55,587 bases of DNA from a virus. Lineage: Duplodnaviria; Caudoviricetes. Position 1 is the stretch's first letter. The number at the start of each line of letters is the position of its first letter. The position numbers and the translations under genes are program-made. The notes beneath the pieces were generated by a model, which was given only the letters and a program-made list of their open reading frames with translations, did no database searches and was not told the origin of the DNA. The stretch is from positions 1 through 55,587 of the IMG/VR virus record IMGVR_UViG_3300032116_000250. One strand, given 5' to 3'. Of the stretch, positions 1-10,232 are shown piece after piece.

Positions 1-972
1 CGACGTATCGCCACGGCTCCCGCCGGAGCCACCGCCACCCGGAGCAAACACGTACGCCTGAGCGTACTTCAACCCCGGCCGCTTCGTCCACGTCCCACCC
101 GCCAGGAACGTCTGCACATCGCTGCCGATGTGCCGCACCACCCACGTCCCGCCCGCCGCATCGGTCAACGCCAGCTCGCATTCGCCAGAGGCAAACACCT
201 GCGTGAGCGTGGCCACACCGATATCGTCCTTGATCGTCAGCGTGCCGGTGCCGTCGTTGATGATCCGGATGGTCCAGCCCGTGCCCATCGCCGTGCCATC
301 GGAGTAGGCCGGTCGCCGCACTTCCTGATCCGATGCGCCCGTGAATCGCTGGATCTGCTTGCTGCTGATCGTCAGCGAGGTCACACCGCCCGCCGTCACC
401 GTCGACTGGCTCGCCGTCCGCAGATTCGTGCTGACCTTGATGATCGTGCCCGTCAGCGTGCCGTCAATGTTTGCATCGTTGTCGATCTGCAGCGAACCGG
501 CCGCCATCGTGCTTGCCGATAGCAGCGTTCCATCCCACGTCAGGCCCGCATCGCCCGAAAACGTGGTTCCGTTGTTGTACTGAACATGCGTGGTCGAGCC
601 GCCAGGTGTCTGGTCGCCCGTGTTGGTACCAGATAGGGCCGTCACTGCTGCGGGCACGCCACTGGTGATGTCGCCCCATGCGTGCGTGTGCGTGGGCAGG
701 GCCCCGTTGACCCACTGGGAGCCGTTGTAGGACAGCACCTGATTGGTGCTGGGTGTCGTGATGGTAACGTCGGTGAGCCCATTGAGGTTGGTGGCACCTC
801 CACCACCCCCGGAGATAGCCGAGAGGCTGGTCCACGCGGTCACGCCGTCACCAAACTTGAGTTCCCCGGTGTCCGTGTCGTACCCGGGCTCTCCGTTGAG
901 GAGCACAGGGTCGTTGGTGGTCCACTGAACGGTGGTACCACGGCGAATCTGGATGGTAGTCGGACTGCTCAA
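1..972 (-). CDS. Tail fibre / receptor-binding protein: Mtd_N-like N-terminus, Gly-rich domain (3'-truncated by window edge; not in ORF track)
   Basis: Translated by hand from TTG at 972: MSSPTTIQIRRGTTVQWTTNDPVLLNGEPGYDTDTGELKFGDGVTAWTSL (Mtd_N/hyaluronidase-type N-terminus), open to base 1, ending DVQTFLAGGTWTKRPGLKYAQAYVFAPGGGGSGGS (start of a phage Gly-rich domain). Confidence 0.85.
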   Translation of the reverse strand, partial: MSSPTTIQIRRGTTVQWTTNDPVLLNGEPGYDTDTGELKFGDGVTAWTSLSAISGGGGGATNLNGLTDVTITTPSTNQVLSYNGSQWVNGALPTHTHAWGDITSGVPAAVTALSGTNTGDQTPGGSTTHVQYNNGTTFSGDAGLTWDGTLLSASTMAAGSLQIDNDANIDGTLTGTIIKVSTNLRTASQSTVTAGGVTSLTISSKQIQRFTGASDQEVRRPAYSDGTAMGTGWTIRIINDGTGTLTIKDDIGVATLTQVFASGECELALTDAAGGTWVVRHIGSDVQTFLAGGTWTKRPGLKYAQAYVFAPGGGGSGGSRGDTS

Positions 973-1949
973 GGAGTGCCTCCGTCGATGCCGCTGCCGG
1001 TGCCGGTGTCGCCCACCATGCCTGCACCGTACTGGGCGGACATCGTGGCGTAGTTCCGGTTGCGGTAGCTGTCCTTCTCGAAGTTCCGACCCTTCTGCAT
1101 GTTCTTGTGGGTGACCTCGTCGAGGGCAGTCTTCAGGTTGGTCTGGTAGACCTTCTGAAGGTTGGCGAGGTGTGCCTGCGAGGTCTTCTTCGCCACACAG
1201 AGGTTGTAGCTGGCGAGGACCGCCACGGTCTGGTAGTACGCGAAGTCCAGGGGCGGGGCCACCTCATAGCGTTGGAGCCCCGCCAGCGTATCACTGAACG
1301 GTGTCAGGACGCTCACGTTCCAGTAGGTGCCGTCCCAGGAGCTACTCGTGATGAGGCGTTCTTCGACTACGCCGGTGGCGGGCAGCATCCTCAGGTACAT
1401 ACCTACGAGGGAGTTCTCCCGCCGGTCGATGATCCCGTAGGTGGGGGTGCTGTTAGTCAGTTGGAAGACGTCCTTGGCGGCGGAGAGCGTGCCCCGCTTG
1501 TCGTCGGCTAGGCAGGCGTGGGGCCAGCAATCAAAGCTGGGCACATACTCCATCTCCAGCGTACCCGTCGTCAGCGTGAGGGGAGGGATGATGAGGGTGC
1601 GGTCCTGGATCTCGAAGCCGGGCTGCTTGAAGTTGTACCGCGACTTGCTCACCATCTCGCTGGTGACGTTCCCCAGGGAGTCCCGGATAACCACCCGCGA
1701 TACCTCCTGCACGTTCGGAGGCATGGTGAACTTGGTGCTCTGCGTGCCACTGAACCCCGTCAACACCATCGAGGTATATACCGGGGTGTCCGTCGCCAGG
1801 TTAAGGCGGGACTGCACCGTCTTCATCGCGGGCAACACAAACAACCGAATGAGGTCCGAGTCCTGATACTTGGCAAACACATCAGGATCATCCGCGTACA
1901 CCCGGATGTAGTCCACCATGCTGGCCAGGAATGAGTAGTTGGTGTTCAT
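969..1949 (-). CDS. Putative head-tail adaptor / tail tubular protein
   Basis: 326 aa ORF downstream of the capsid gene; helical N-terminus (VDYIRVYADD...DSDLIR) resembles podovirus adaptors. Function is inferred from position. Confidence 0.5.
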   Translation of the reverse strand: MNTNYSFLASMVDYIRVYADDPDVFAKYQDSDLIRLFVLPAMKTVQSRLNLATDTPVYTSMVLTGFSGTQSTKFTMPPNVQEVSRVVIRDSLGNVTSEMVSKSRYNFKQPGFEIQDRTLIIPPLTLTTGTLEMEYVPSFDCWPHACLADDKRGTLSAAKDVFQLTNSTPTYGIIDRRENSLVGMYLRMLPATGVVEERLITSSSWDGTYWNVSVLTPFSDTLAGLQRYEVAPPLDFAYYQTVAVLASYNLCVAKKTSQAHLANLQKVYQTNLKTALDEVTHKNMQKGRNFEKDSYRNRNYATMSAQYGAGMVGDTGTGSGIDGGTP

Positions 1950-2494
1950 GAGGTGCCATCACTACCACTGACAATCTTGTTGCCTTCGCTCATGATCTTA
2001 CGCATGTCCTTCAGTTGGTCGCCACCCTGACGCTCCGTGGTCCAGGGAGTACGGCCCTGGAGGATATCGTCGGCGGCAGCATCCAGACCCTTCTTCCTGA
2101 GGGTCCTCGCCATCTCCTTGCGTTCCAGCATTTCTTCCTGCTGGGTGAGACGCTTCTCGACGACACGCTCGCGGGCCCCCGCGAACTGCTCCTTGAGGTG
2201 CTCCTCCTTGTGGCGGAACCTCCGGTGCATCCACTCCTTCGACAGAGAGTCCTGGGGCCGGTTCTCACCCGCCCACAGTTCGAGGCACAGCCCCCGGTAC
2301 GTGGGGGTCCGTTCCTGGATCCACTCGGCGAGGACGTACTTCTTCTTCAGGCGGTGCCAGTACACAAACAGCTTGGGCCGGTTGAAGGACTTCTTGACCC
2401 CTAGGAGCCACTCGGTCTCAGGAATGACCTCGTGGTGCTCCTGCATGTAGAGTGCTTCCTGGTCGTCGAGGTCGATGTCAAAGTCACCGTTCAC
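1946..2494 (-). CDS. Hypothetical protein (morphogenesis operon)
   Basis: 182 aa, GTG start with GGAG RBS, 4-bp overlap with the next gene. Confidence 0.7.
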   Translation of the reverse strand: MNGDFDIDLDDQEALYMQEHHEVIPETEWLLGVKKSFNRPKLFVYWHRLKKKYVLAEWIQERTPTYRGLCLELWAGENRPQDSLSKEWMHRRFRHKEEHLKEQFAGARERVVEKRLTQQEEMLERKEMARTLRKKGLDAAADDILQGRTPWTTERQGGDQLKDMRKIMSEGNKIVSGSDGTS

Positions 2495-2528
2495 GGGTAG
2501 TCTCCGGGGGTTCTGCCGGTGTGCGGGT

Positions 2529-2564
2529 AAAATGAAACCGGCTACCCAACAAGGATAGCCGGTT
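2529..2564 (-). terminator. Intrinsic terminator after the major capsid gene
   Basis: Minus strand AACCGGCTATCC-TTGTT-GGGTAGCCGGTT followed by TCATTTT. Confidence 0.7.
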
Positions 2565-2654
2565 CCTGGAGACCCCGCGTCATTGCCGCGTGGTGGGCTT
2601 CAAAATATCCCAGGCATGACCCGGGGGTTCCCGCTCCTTCCCTCTCAGCCCTTA

Positions 2655-4352
2655 TTAGTCACCGTAGGTACGATCCTCAGCGAGGTTCGTAAGCTTGATA
2701 CCCGTGACCTGATCCGGAACAAGCTGCATCCGCAGCTGACCCGGCATCTGAACCGCCTCAGTAACAAGGGTGTTACCGGGGGCAGCCGCCAGCCGCTGGA
2801 TCGGCATGAACAGGCTGGAGGTACCCGTGAGGGCCGGTGCCACGAACTCGAAGGGGATGAAGCTGGCCAGCTTATCGAACCCCTTGGTGCCCTTGGGCGA
2901 CGGGGGAGCATAACGCTTCCAGTTGTTACCACCCTTCTTGAACATGTAGCAGGAGCCAGCCTCCACATAGCTATCGGTCATGAAGGTGTAGGTGTCACCA
3001 TCGAACACAAAGGTCATGCCTTCCTTGGAGCCTTCGCTCGACAGGCTGCTGGTGCGGCCCGTACGGTCAAGGATCTCACGGCCGATCTTCTGCTGCTCAT
3101 AGGCCAGCAGCACACCATCGGACATCACAGCGAAGTCAATCGTGTGGCCGTACTTACGCTTGGCCATCTTGAAACGACGCAGGATCTTCCGAAGCTCATG
3201 CTCCGTCAGGGGCTGACCACCCATATCACGGGTAAGGCTCTTGAACTCCGGGTGGGTCAGAACGTTGATAGTGCCACCACCAAGACTGTCAGTAACCGCA
3301 TCATTACCAAGCAGTGAGTTCTGGGCAGCAGTACCGCCCACAACGCCACCCTTGATCCACGAGTTCAGACCCGCAATACCACGGAACGAACTGTTCTGGC
3401 GGGTATTAGCGGGCACAACAAAGAAGTAGTTAGCGGCCGTGGTACTGGCGGCACCGCTCGGGGGCAGCGAAGCAGCCGGAATAGTGATGGTGGAACCTGT
3501 TCGGTTCACAAAGTGAACAGTCACAGTACCCGCGATCTCATCAACGCGAGTGACGTACGCAGGCACGCGAACGCTGGACGCCTCGTTTACACGGACAGTA
3601 CCGTTACCCTGGTACATATCCACGCGCATACCCACCATGAAGCGGTCCACAGCAAGGTTGTGCGGGGTGAAGGTAATACGCAGCGTACCACCATTGATAG
3701 CAATCACGCGAGCCGTCGAACCATCCGGGGTAAAACCAGTTTCGGTGCCGTTGGCAGCAACGAGGGCGTAGCTGGCCGCAGTGGTGTAGTTGCCGTACGC
3801 AAGAGCGTAGTTATCGTTCTCGTTGACGTACCACTGGTTGCAGACGTTCTGCGTGATGTTGCGGGCAAAGCCCACCATCTTTGGAGCGATGACCTCGCCT
3901 AGAACCGCCGAGGTCGCATCAGCCTGCATCTCCGCCAGAGTCAACTGGAGGTTCGCAAGACTGGCGTTCAGCGGAATAGTCAGGCGATAGGACTTTGCCA
4001 TCGGACCATCACCCGCATCCGGGAAGGTATTGCTGACAGCGGGCTGCAACAGCAGCTTATCCAAACCACCGGGGGCTGCACCCGCATCGTTGTCACCAAA
4101 CAGACCGAACTGGCTGTTTCGGTCCGTACCAGCCCACGGAGACTGCTCGATCACACCGGCCAGGCTGCCCTGGTAGGTCTTACGGATCAGCAGATCGCGG
4201 CCCAGTTCATCGGCAGAGCCGACGCCCTGCGAGCTAGCGATACTGTCCTTCCACACGGGAGAGACAGCCGCCATGAACTGAGTGATGTTGTTGTTGAGGA
4301 CTTCCTTGACCTTAGACGAGTTGTTTGCAAACCATTGGCCGACGTTAGGCAT
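2655..4352 (-). CDS. Major capsid protein (large, probably with insertion domain)
   Basis: 565 aa; follows portal and scaffold; AAGGA RBS, double TAA, followed by a terminator; FRGIAGLNSWI-type segment seen in HK97-fold capsids. Confidence 0.7.
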   Translation of the reverse strand: MPNVGQWFANNSSKVKEVLNNNITQFMAAVSPVWKDSIASSQGVGSADELGRDLLIRKTYQGSLAGVIEQSPWAGTDRNSQFGLFGDNDAGAAPGGLDKLLLQPAVSNTFPDAGDGPMAKSYRLTIPLNASLANLQLTLAEMQADATSAVLGEVIAPKMVGFARNITQNVCNQWYVNENDNYALAYGNYTTAASYALVAANGTETGFTPDGSTARVIAINGGTLRITFTPHNLAVDRFMVGMRVDMYQGNGTVRVNEASSVRVPAYVTRVDEIAGTVTVHFVNRTGSTITIPAASLPPSGAASTTAANYFFVVPANTRQNSSFRGIAGLNSWIKGGVVGGTAAQNSLLGNDAVTDSLGGGTINVLTHPEFKSLTRDMGGQPLTEHELRKILRRFKMAKRKYGHTIDFAVMSDGVLLAYEQQKIGREILDRTGRTSSLSSEGSKEGMTFVFDGDTYTFMTDSYVEAGSCYMFKKGGNNWKRYAPPSPKGTKGFDKLASFIPFEFVAPALTGTSSLFMPIQRLAAAPGNTLVTEAVQMPGQLRMQLVPDQVTGIKLTNLAEDRTYGD

Positions 4353-4386
4353 GTGTTATTCCTTGACTGGATTGTGAGACTGTGTG

Positions 4387-5262
4387 TTAAGAGAACGCAT
4401 TAGGAGTGTTCTTCAAGGTCGAGATAAGCTCGAAGCTCGTCAGGTCCTTGATTGCGGCCTCCTGGTCCGCACGCGACATCCCCGGCTTGGGTCCGCTAGG
4501 CCGGTTCTTGGGCTCGAAGTAATCCAACTCGCTTTCTGTTTCCGATGCCCGGCCGAGACCGCCTGTAGCACCGATGACTGAAGCATACTTCTTCGCGTGA
4601 TGTGCAGTGGCCGACGCGATGGCCCGCTGCATCAGTGATTCTGAGTACCTCGCACCTTTATCCAGTTCAGCCGCGATAAGCTGCTTGGCGGACGCCTGAA
4701 TATCCTCGAAGGCATTCGCCATGAACTCCCGGGCCTGCTCCCCACCCTTCACCTCGCGGATAGTCTTCTGGATCTCAGCCAACTGGCTGCCTTCCATAGC
4801 GGCCTTCAGCCCATTGGTGAACTGGCTGCTGATCTTTTCCTTGACCTGCTGAACCTGCGACTCCTGAAGAGCCTTCAACTCACTGCGGATACTCCCCAGT
4901 TCATCGGGGTCCTCTTCGCCTTCGGTGCCCTTAGGACGTCCCTTACCCCGGGGACGTTCCTCGGGGGCCTCCTCTTGAGCACCCTCGCCGGTAAGCTCGC
5001 GGATGTGGGCCTCAATATCGGCCCGCCGCTCAGCACCCAGCCGCTTGGTCAGCATGGTCCGGAGGGCGTAGATCTTCTCATCCGTGGCGGCCTGCGGATC
5101 CGCCAGCTTCCACGCCACCTCCTGATCAGCTTCGAGGGCCCGGATCTTGGCCTGCGACTCCTCGTACTTGGCACGGAAGTCCTCGGGCGGCGGACCCTTG
5201 GGGGCACTCTCCACGGGTGCGGTGTTCTGAACGGGGGGATCGATCTTCAGTTCATCAGCCAT
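4387..5262 (-). CDS. Putative capsid scaffolding protein
   Basis: Start MADELK at 5262 with GGAG RBS; charged, helical/coiled-coil; lies between portal and capsid genes. Confidence 0.6.
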   Translation of the reverse strand: MADELKIDPPVQNTAPVESAPKGPPPEDFRAKYEESQAKIRALEADQEVAWKLADPQAATDEKIYALRTMLTKRLGAERRADIEAHIRELTGEGAQEEAPEERPRGKGRPKGTEGEEDPDELGSIRSELKALQESQVQQVKEKISSQFTNGLKAAMEGSQLAEIQKTIREVKGGEQAREFMANAFEDIQASAKQLIAAELDKGARYSESLMQRAIASATAHHAKKYASVIGATGGLGRASETESELDYFEPKNRPSGPKPGMSRADQEAAIKDLTSFELISTLKNTPNAFS

Positions 5263-5309
5263 ATGGGTCTCCAGGTGCGGGTGTGACTGCACTATGCAGC
5301 CATCTATAA

Positions 5310-5339
5310 ATACTAGCACTACCTCCCCTCACGTGGCAA
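5310..5339 (-). promoter_or_regulatory. Sigma70-like promoter for scaffold-capsid genes, with a GTGAGGGGAGG motif in its spacer
   Basis: TTGCCA-18 nt-TAGTAT with TGn extended -10; the spacer contains CGTGAGGGGAGG. Confidence 0.5.
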
Positions 5340-5351
5340 GGGGTTGTTAGG

Positions 5352-7427
5352 TTACATGGGGGGTTGCTGTCCGGGGGGTCCACCGGGTCCCGCCATCTGC
5401 ACCTGTGCGGCACCCGGCATCCCAGCCCCCGGACCCATCTGCATCATCTGGGCCTGCATCGCGGCATCCTCGGGGTTAGGAACTCCCGGGGGCAGGACAC
5501 CAGCCATCTGCTGCTGCAACATCTCCCTGTAATCGAGGAATGCATTCTGCACTTCCACGGACGCCACCGCCATCTTGGGGTCCGCCATGAACGCACTCAA
5601 CAACCGCAACTGAATATCCGGTCGGACCATCCCCGGCACAACCACGATCTCACCCGGTGACTGACCATCGCCATAGAGCAGCAGGATGTTCCTCACGATC
5701 ATCTCGTAGGCTGACCGCTCCTCGGTCACATCCATGGCGAAGTCCAGGCCTTCCCGCAGACTGAACAACACAAAGCTATCCCAGTCGGGCTTGCCCATCT
5801 TGGCCTTCATGTCGGCCATCTGGATAGCTTCCTGCTTACGAGCCACCTCACTCCGGGGGCTCTTCTCCTTGATGGAGAACGCCAACCGGCCCACCTCCGG
5901 GATGGGGTTCTCTCGGAACCTCACCTCATTCTTCTCCATATCAATGACGGCACCCACGAGGTCAGTCGTAAGCTCCCCAACCGGGAGAGCACGCCTGCTG
6001 AAGGTGATCTGGTGTGCCATCTGCTGGCACGCACTGCGATAGATGTCCGAGTAACACGCACTGATCCCATAGGTCGGGGCGGTCATTGCCTGGTTGACCT
6101 GCTCATCGAGGAACGAGAGGCCACTCGCGGAGTCAACCCGCCCCTTCTCCTGGATCAGATCCGCAATGGGCGACAACCCCTGCATGAGTTGCTTGGTCAT
6201 ACCCGCGACCTTACCCGGGAAGTCACCCGTGGTCGTAGGACTGATAGCGAACGGCCGGAACCCCTCGGTCATGGGGTCCGGCTCCCAGGGCAGAACCTTG
6301 AGGTCCTTACCAATCTCCTGGAGTGCCGCCCTGTTGTTGAACTGCCCATTGGGAATAACCAACAGACCGTAGTGGTTCATGTCGTTGACGTTGTTGAACA
6401 GGCTGGTGAGCAGCTTCTCATGCTGCCTTGCCAGGGGCCACAACAGGTCAAACATACCCGCCCCATACCACGTCCCATTGTTCATGAACCGTGCGACCTT
6501 CACCGACGGGTAGACCTCCGCCTGGCTGTGATCCTGATCCGCGAACACATAGTCACCGCTCGCCATGATGTACCGCGAGCACGTACCCCGGACTCCATCC
6601 AGCCACAACTCCCGGATCCTGACCATCTTGATATCAGTCTTGGCCGAGCTACCCCCACCATAATCACTGTCACCGGACATCACTTTGGTGCGGCTCAGAC
6701 CAGCCGCCCCCATGAGGGTCGTACTATCCATGGAGTCATTCACCCCCATGCTGGTAACGTAGGCCCCCGGGGCCACCGTGAAGTACTCCATGTCCTCCAA
6801 GTTGGCCATGAGCTTCTTCTTGGGGAAGAACTTCTCCAGGAAGTCCATCGAGACAATCCGCTGACGCATCACACCCCGGCACTTTGTGTAGTCCTGCCCC
6901 AGGTTTGGGAAGGGGAACAACTCCCGGGGATGGATGACCTCCATATCGGCCGTGAGCCCCACCACCGGGTGATCAACCGCCTTAACGGACAACCCTGCGA
7001 ACCCCAGCGTGGTGAGCAACCACGTGAACTCATCATGGAGTTTGACCAGTTGGTTGTCACTGATGCCGCTGTTGAGGATGATCTGGGCCACACTGCGGTT
7101 ACGGATCCCATCCAGCGACATACCCGTACGCTTGACCACAGGTCGGACATCGAGGGAACTCAGGCGTCCCTGCACTCGGTTGCATTCCTTCAGGAGTTCC
7201 TGGGATTGGAACTCCAGCTTGCCATCACTGTCGGTGTACTCACCCAGGACGGTGCCCGTGTTCATGTCGAAGGTTGTGAACTTGCGGATGCCCTGCATGT
7301 AGTACCATGCGAGCATCCACCACATCCGCTTGAAAACGTACAGGGACTCACTCCGGACCGCATGGGTCCGCATGATCCGTGCGATCTCCTTGGGGTCCGT
7401 GGGCAGGTTATAGTTATCAAGCGACAT
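5352..7427 (-). CDS. Portal protein
   Basis: 691 aa, downstream of TerL; GTWYGAGMFDLLWPL and SASGLSFLDEQ segments and a Gln/Pro/Met-rich C-terminal tail typical of P22-like portals. Confidence 0.8.
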   Translation of the reverse strand: MSLDNYNLPTDPKEIARIMRTHAVRSESLYVFKRMWWMLAWYYMQGIRKFTTFDMNTGTVLGEYTDSDGKLEFQSQELLKECNRVQGRLSSLDVRPVVKRTGMSLDGIRNRSVAQIILNSGISDNQLVKLHDEFTWLLTTLGFAGLSVKAVDHPVVGLTADMEVIHPRELFPFPNLGQDYTKCRGVMRQRIVSMDFLEKFFPKKKLMANLEDMEYFTVAPGAYVTSMGVNDSMDSTTLMGAAGLSRTKVMSGDSDYGGGSSAKTDIKMVRIRELWLDGVRGTCSRYIMASGDYVFADQDHSQAEVYPSVKVARFMNNGTWYGAGMFDLLWPLARQHEKLLTSLFNNVNDMNHYGLLVIPNGQFNNRAALQEIGKDLKVLPWEPDPMTEGFRPFAISPTTTGDFPGKVAGMTKQLMQGLSPIADLIQEKGRVDSASGLSFLDEQVNQAMTAPTYGISACYSDIYRSACQQMAHQITFSRRALPVGELTTDLVGAVIDMEKNEVRFRENPIPEVGRLAFSIKEKSPRSEVARKQEAIQMADMKAKMGKPDWDSFVLFSLREGLDFAMDVTEERSAYEMIVRNILLLYGDGQSPGEIVVVPGMVRPDIQLRLLSAFMADPKMAVASVEVQNAFLDYREMLQQQMAGVLPPGVPNPEDAAMQAQMMQMGPGAGMPGAAQVQMAGPGGPPGQQPPM

Positions 7428-7439
7428 AGGGTAGTTTCC

Positions 7440-8102
7440 TTACCGACGACTGCCAAACACACGGGCCAACGCTTCCTTTAGCTTAGCACTTCGGGGATCC
7501 GCCATCTCCGCCCTCCTCTGGGCGACCAACTCGTTACTTTGCCTTGAAATATCCCGAGGGTGCATGTCCGCCTCTAAACCTGCTTGAATGTGTTCTGGGA
7601 TTCCCATACGACCGGGCATCTCATACCTGCGACCGTAGATAAGTTCGTTTAACGCCTCGGTTTTACCCTGCCTCAACTCATTCAACATAAAATCCAAGTA
7701 AGGTTCTCTTTGCTGTTCTATGTAGGTGTTGTAGTAATCAAAGTCTTGCCAAGGCGGCTTAGTCCCTATAAAGGGTTGATCCCCCAGATAAGACGCTTGA
7801 TGTTTTTGAGTTTGTTCAATTTCTTTAGCCAACCCAGGATCGTCGAAACCATTAAGAGTATCTACTTTTTTGAGTCCTAGTATCTTTTCAGAAGCTATCT
7901 TGGTATTAATGGACGTGATTGGTTGGAACCTTGACTTCTCCCGGAGGTCCTTCACGTAGTCCCGCCTGCGGGTCTTTGAGACCATCTTCTCGTAGTTTCT
8001 ACCATGGGGGTATGACTCTTCGAGAAAGCGATAGGCCGCCGCCTCCAACGGATGCATCACCGGCGGGATACTCGGTATCGGGATGGGCTTCTTCAAGGAC
8101 AT
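7440..8102 (-). CDS. Hypothetical protein, AT-richer than flanking genes
   Basis: 220 aa ORF filling the gap before the portal gene; visibly lower GC at about 7500-7920. Confidence 0.7.
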   Translation of the reverse strand: MSLKKPIPIPSIPPVMHPLEAAAYRFLEESYPHGRNYEKMVSKTRRRDYVKDLREKSRFQPITSINTKIASEKILGLKKVDTLNGFDDPGLAKEIEQTQKHQASYLGDQPFIGTKPPWQDFDYYNTYIEQQREPYLDFMLNELRQGKTEALNELIYGRRYEMPGRMGIPEHIQAGLEADMHPRDISRQSNELVAQRRAEMADPRSAKLKEALARVFGSRR

Positions 8103-8108
8103 GACAAC

Positions 8109-8357
8109 TCATCCTGTGGGTTGGGTACGAGCTTTACCCCCGGGGGTCCAGCCCTTCACACCCGATTGTAGCGTGTACGCCACCGGAGCCCCCGAGGTAG
8201 GACCCACGGGTGCAACCTGTGTGAGGGGAGGAGCACCCCGCTCCTGCACACCAGCGGCACGATCCCCACCACCCCAGTAGCACGCCGCCAACCTACAGAA
8301 CAACGCCATTGGCACCATCACATGGGTCTCAGTGGACGGTAAGTTCGGGGTCTCCAA
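8109..8357 (-). CDS. Hypothetical protein
   Basis: 82 aa, TTG start with GGAG RBS directly after the TerL stop. Confidence 0.55.
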   Translation of the reverse strand: METPNLPSTETHVMVPMALFCRLAACYWGGGDRAAGVQERGAPPLTQVAPVGPTSGAPVAYTLQSGVKGWTPGGKARTQPTG

Positions 8358-8372
8358 GGTTGTACTCCGGGG

Positions 8373-10232
8373 TCAGATGAGGTTGACTGCGTCCTTCGGG
8401 CGTTGTTCTCCGAGGAACTTTAGCACCCGCTCCAACGGCAGCGTCGTGATGTCCACTATCCGCGAGAGATTTCCCAACCCCTCCACCTGCTCATTGCGTT
8501 CAATGAGGTCCATAATGGTGGACTCCACCACATCATCCGTCCCCGTGGGTGTGGCCTTCCACCCCACCACGGACTCACCCATGGCGACCACGTCGAGGGC
8601 GTCGTCGTGGTCAATACCTCCGTTGGGGGCGTCCGCATTGAACGCCCCGATCTCCCGGAACAACTCATTCCAGGGGGCCTTATTCCTCAGGTGCACCGGC
8701 AACCTGATCTTGTTGTGCTCAAACCGATAGCTGAGCGAACTATCAATCCTCTTGGTCTTATCCCCCGTGGGCGTAATCGGGCGTAGGGCGGGCACAAAGC
8801 TCAACCCCTTGAGGGTGGACGCCCGAGTCCTCAGCTTGTTGAGGATGCTCGCGATCAAGTTCTTGGAGCCCTTCTCCTTTTCAGGGCACAGCAGGGGTAC
8901 TTTCCACCGCTCGGCGAAGGTGAAGATGGCGGCCTCCAGTTCGCTTTCGGGGCACCTCTTACAGAACAGATCCAGAACGAACAACTCATTCGTCGTGGGC
9001 AGGTGCAGTAGGCAGGCCGCCGCCTTGTAGTCACTGGTTGGTCCGTGGGTGTCGCTGGTATCTGCTGTGATGGCGAGCCTCCCCTCACGTAGCACTTCGG
9101 CGAGTGACCGGGTGGTGGAGCCCCAGCGGATCTCGTCGCCCTCGATGGAGTAGCCCCACCGGTCGATGGCGTCGCTCTCGTCGAACGTCGGGAACTTCCT
9201 ACCCTCAACATCACCGGGTCGGCCCTGGTACTCACTCTGGAAGACTGCCTCACCGAGGCCCTCGCGGATCTCCACCAGGGTCCTGCGGTTGGGCACCTTG
9301 AGCCGGATCCGCTCCTCATTGTCCACGGGCCACATATGCGGCCACGCACTAATAGCCTCACCATTGGGCCCGTGGTAGAGGGCCTGTACAAAGAACCTAT
9401 TCCAGAAGTTGAACCGGGGGTCTCGTGCCATCCCCCGCTCATCGACCAGCATGGCCTGCCACGCATAGTGACGCTTGCTGACAAACGTATTGGTCCACCG
9501 CACCCCGGTGTTACCTCTCATCACCATGGGCATCACCAACTTGAACAGCAACCGCTGCATGTAGTCACGCAACATACTCACATCGGTGGACTTCTTCTCA
9601 TCAAACTCGGGGTCATCGAGGTGGAACCACCGGGGGCGGATACCACGCATCTTGCTCTCCACCGACATACACCGCAGCCAACTCCCATTCTCCAGGTAGA
9701 AGAACTTATCCCCCGTAGGCTTGACCCCTCGGGCGGGCTTCATGCGTCCGAAGTCCGCCGTGATCCGCTCGTTGTAGTACAGTTGCTGCTTGCACGCGAT
9801 ACCCGTACCCACGGCGTTATCATTCGACGACGTCGCATACACAAAGCTGTTGGTGGGCCTCGTGAGCATGTCCTGGATCTGGACCTTCCGCTTCAGGTTG
9901 GTCTTGGCAGAACCCCGGGGTGCCGTCGCAATACACAGGTCATGAAGGGTCCACTCACTGAGTAGGGCGTAGTGGAAGTCGGGTGATGGGCACGGAACCT
10001 CGTCGTAGAACTGAGGATCGAAGTCCTGTTCCACGTCGGCATGAAGGTACCACAGGTCGAAGAACCTGGTACTCGCCGTACGACAGAGCATCTTGAGGTC
10101 CGGGTCGCTCGTGGGGTACTGCCACAACGCACTCGCATTGACCCTTGCCATCCGCTGGCCCTCGCTGCTGAGGTCCGCGTAGTCGTGCGGCAACGGGAAG
10201 ATCGGACTCTCCCGGAACAACTTGAGTCCCAT
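8373..10232 (-). CDS. terL: Terminase large subunit
   Basis: Walker A-like APRGSAKT, RGIRP followed by Walker B WFHLDDPE, FQSEYQG linker, RuvC-like ITADTS ... HDDALD. Confidence 0.9.
   Translation of the reverse strand: MGLKLFRESPIFPLPHDYADLSSEGQRMARVNASALWQYPTSDPDLKMLCRTASTRFFDLWYLHADVEQDFDPQFYDEVPCPSPDFHYALLSEWTLHDLCIATAPRGSAKTNLKRKVQIQDMLTRPTNSFVYATSSNDNAVGTGIACKQQLYYNERITADFGRMKPARGVKPTGDKFFYLENGSWLRCMSVESKMRGIRPRWFHLDDPEFDEKKSTDVSMLRDYMQRLLFKLVMPMVMRGNTGVRWTNTFVSKRHYAWQAMLVDERGMARDPRFNFWNRFFVQALYHGPNGEAISAWPHMWPVDNEERIRLKVPNRRTLVEIREGLGEAVFQSEYQGRPGDVEGRKFPTFDESDAIDRWGYSIEGDEIRWGSTTRSLAEVLREGRLAITADTSDTHGPTSDYKAAACLLHLPTTNELFVLDLFCKRCPESELEAAIFTFAERWKVPLLCPEKEKGSKNLIASILNKLRTRASTLKGLSFVPALRPITPTGDKTKRIDSSLSYRFEHNKIRLPVHLRNKAPWNELFREIGAFNADAPNGGIDHDDALDVVAMGESVVGWKATPTGTDDVVESTIMDLIERNEQVEGLGNLSRIVDITTLPLERVLKFLGEQRPKDAVNLI

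Noticed and set aside
1-972. Diversity-generating retroelement suggested by the Mtd_N domain
   Set aside because: No reverse transcriptase motif and no template/variable repeat pair seen.
6012-7481. Long antisense ORFs (also 37212-38789 and 41592-43103)
   Set aside because: Shadow frames of GC-biased real genes; no RBS or motifs.
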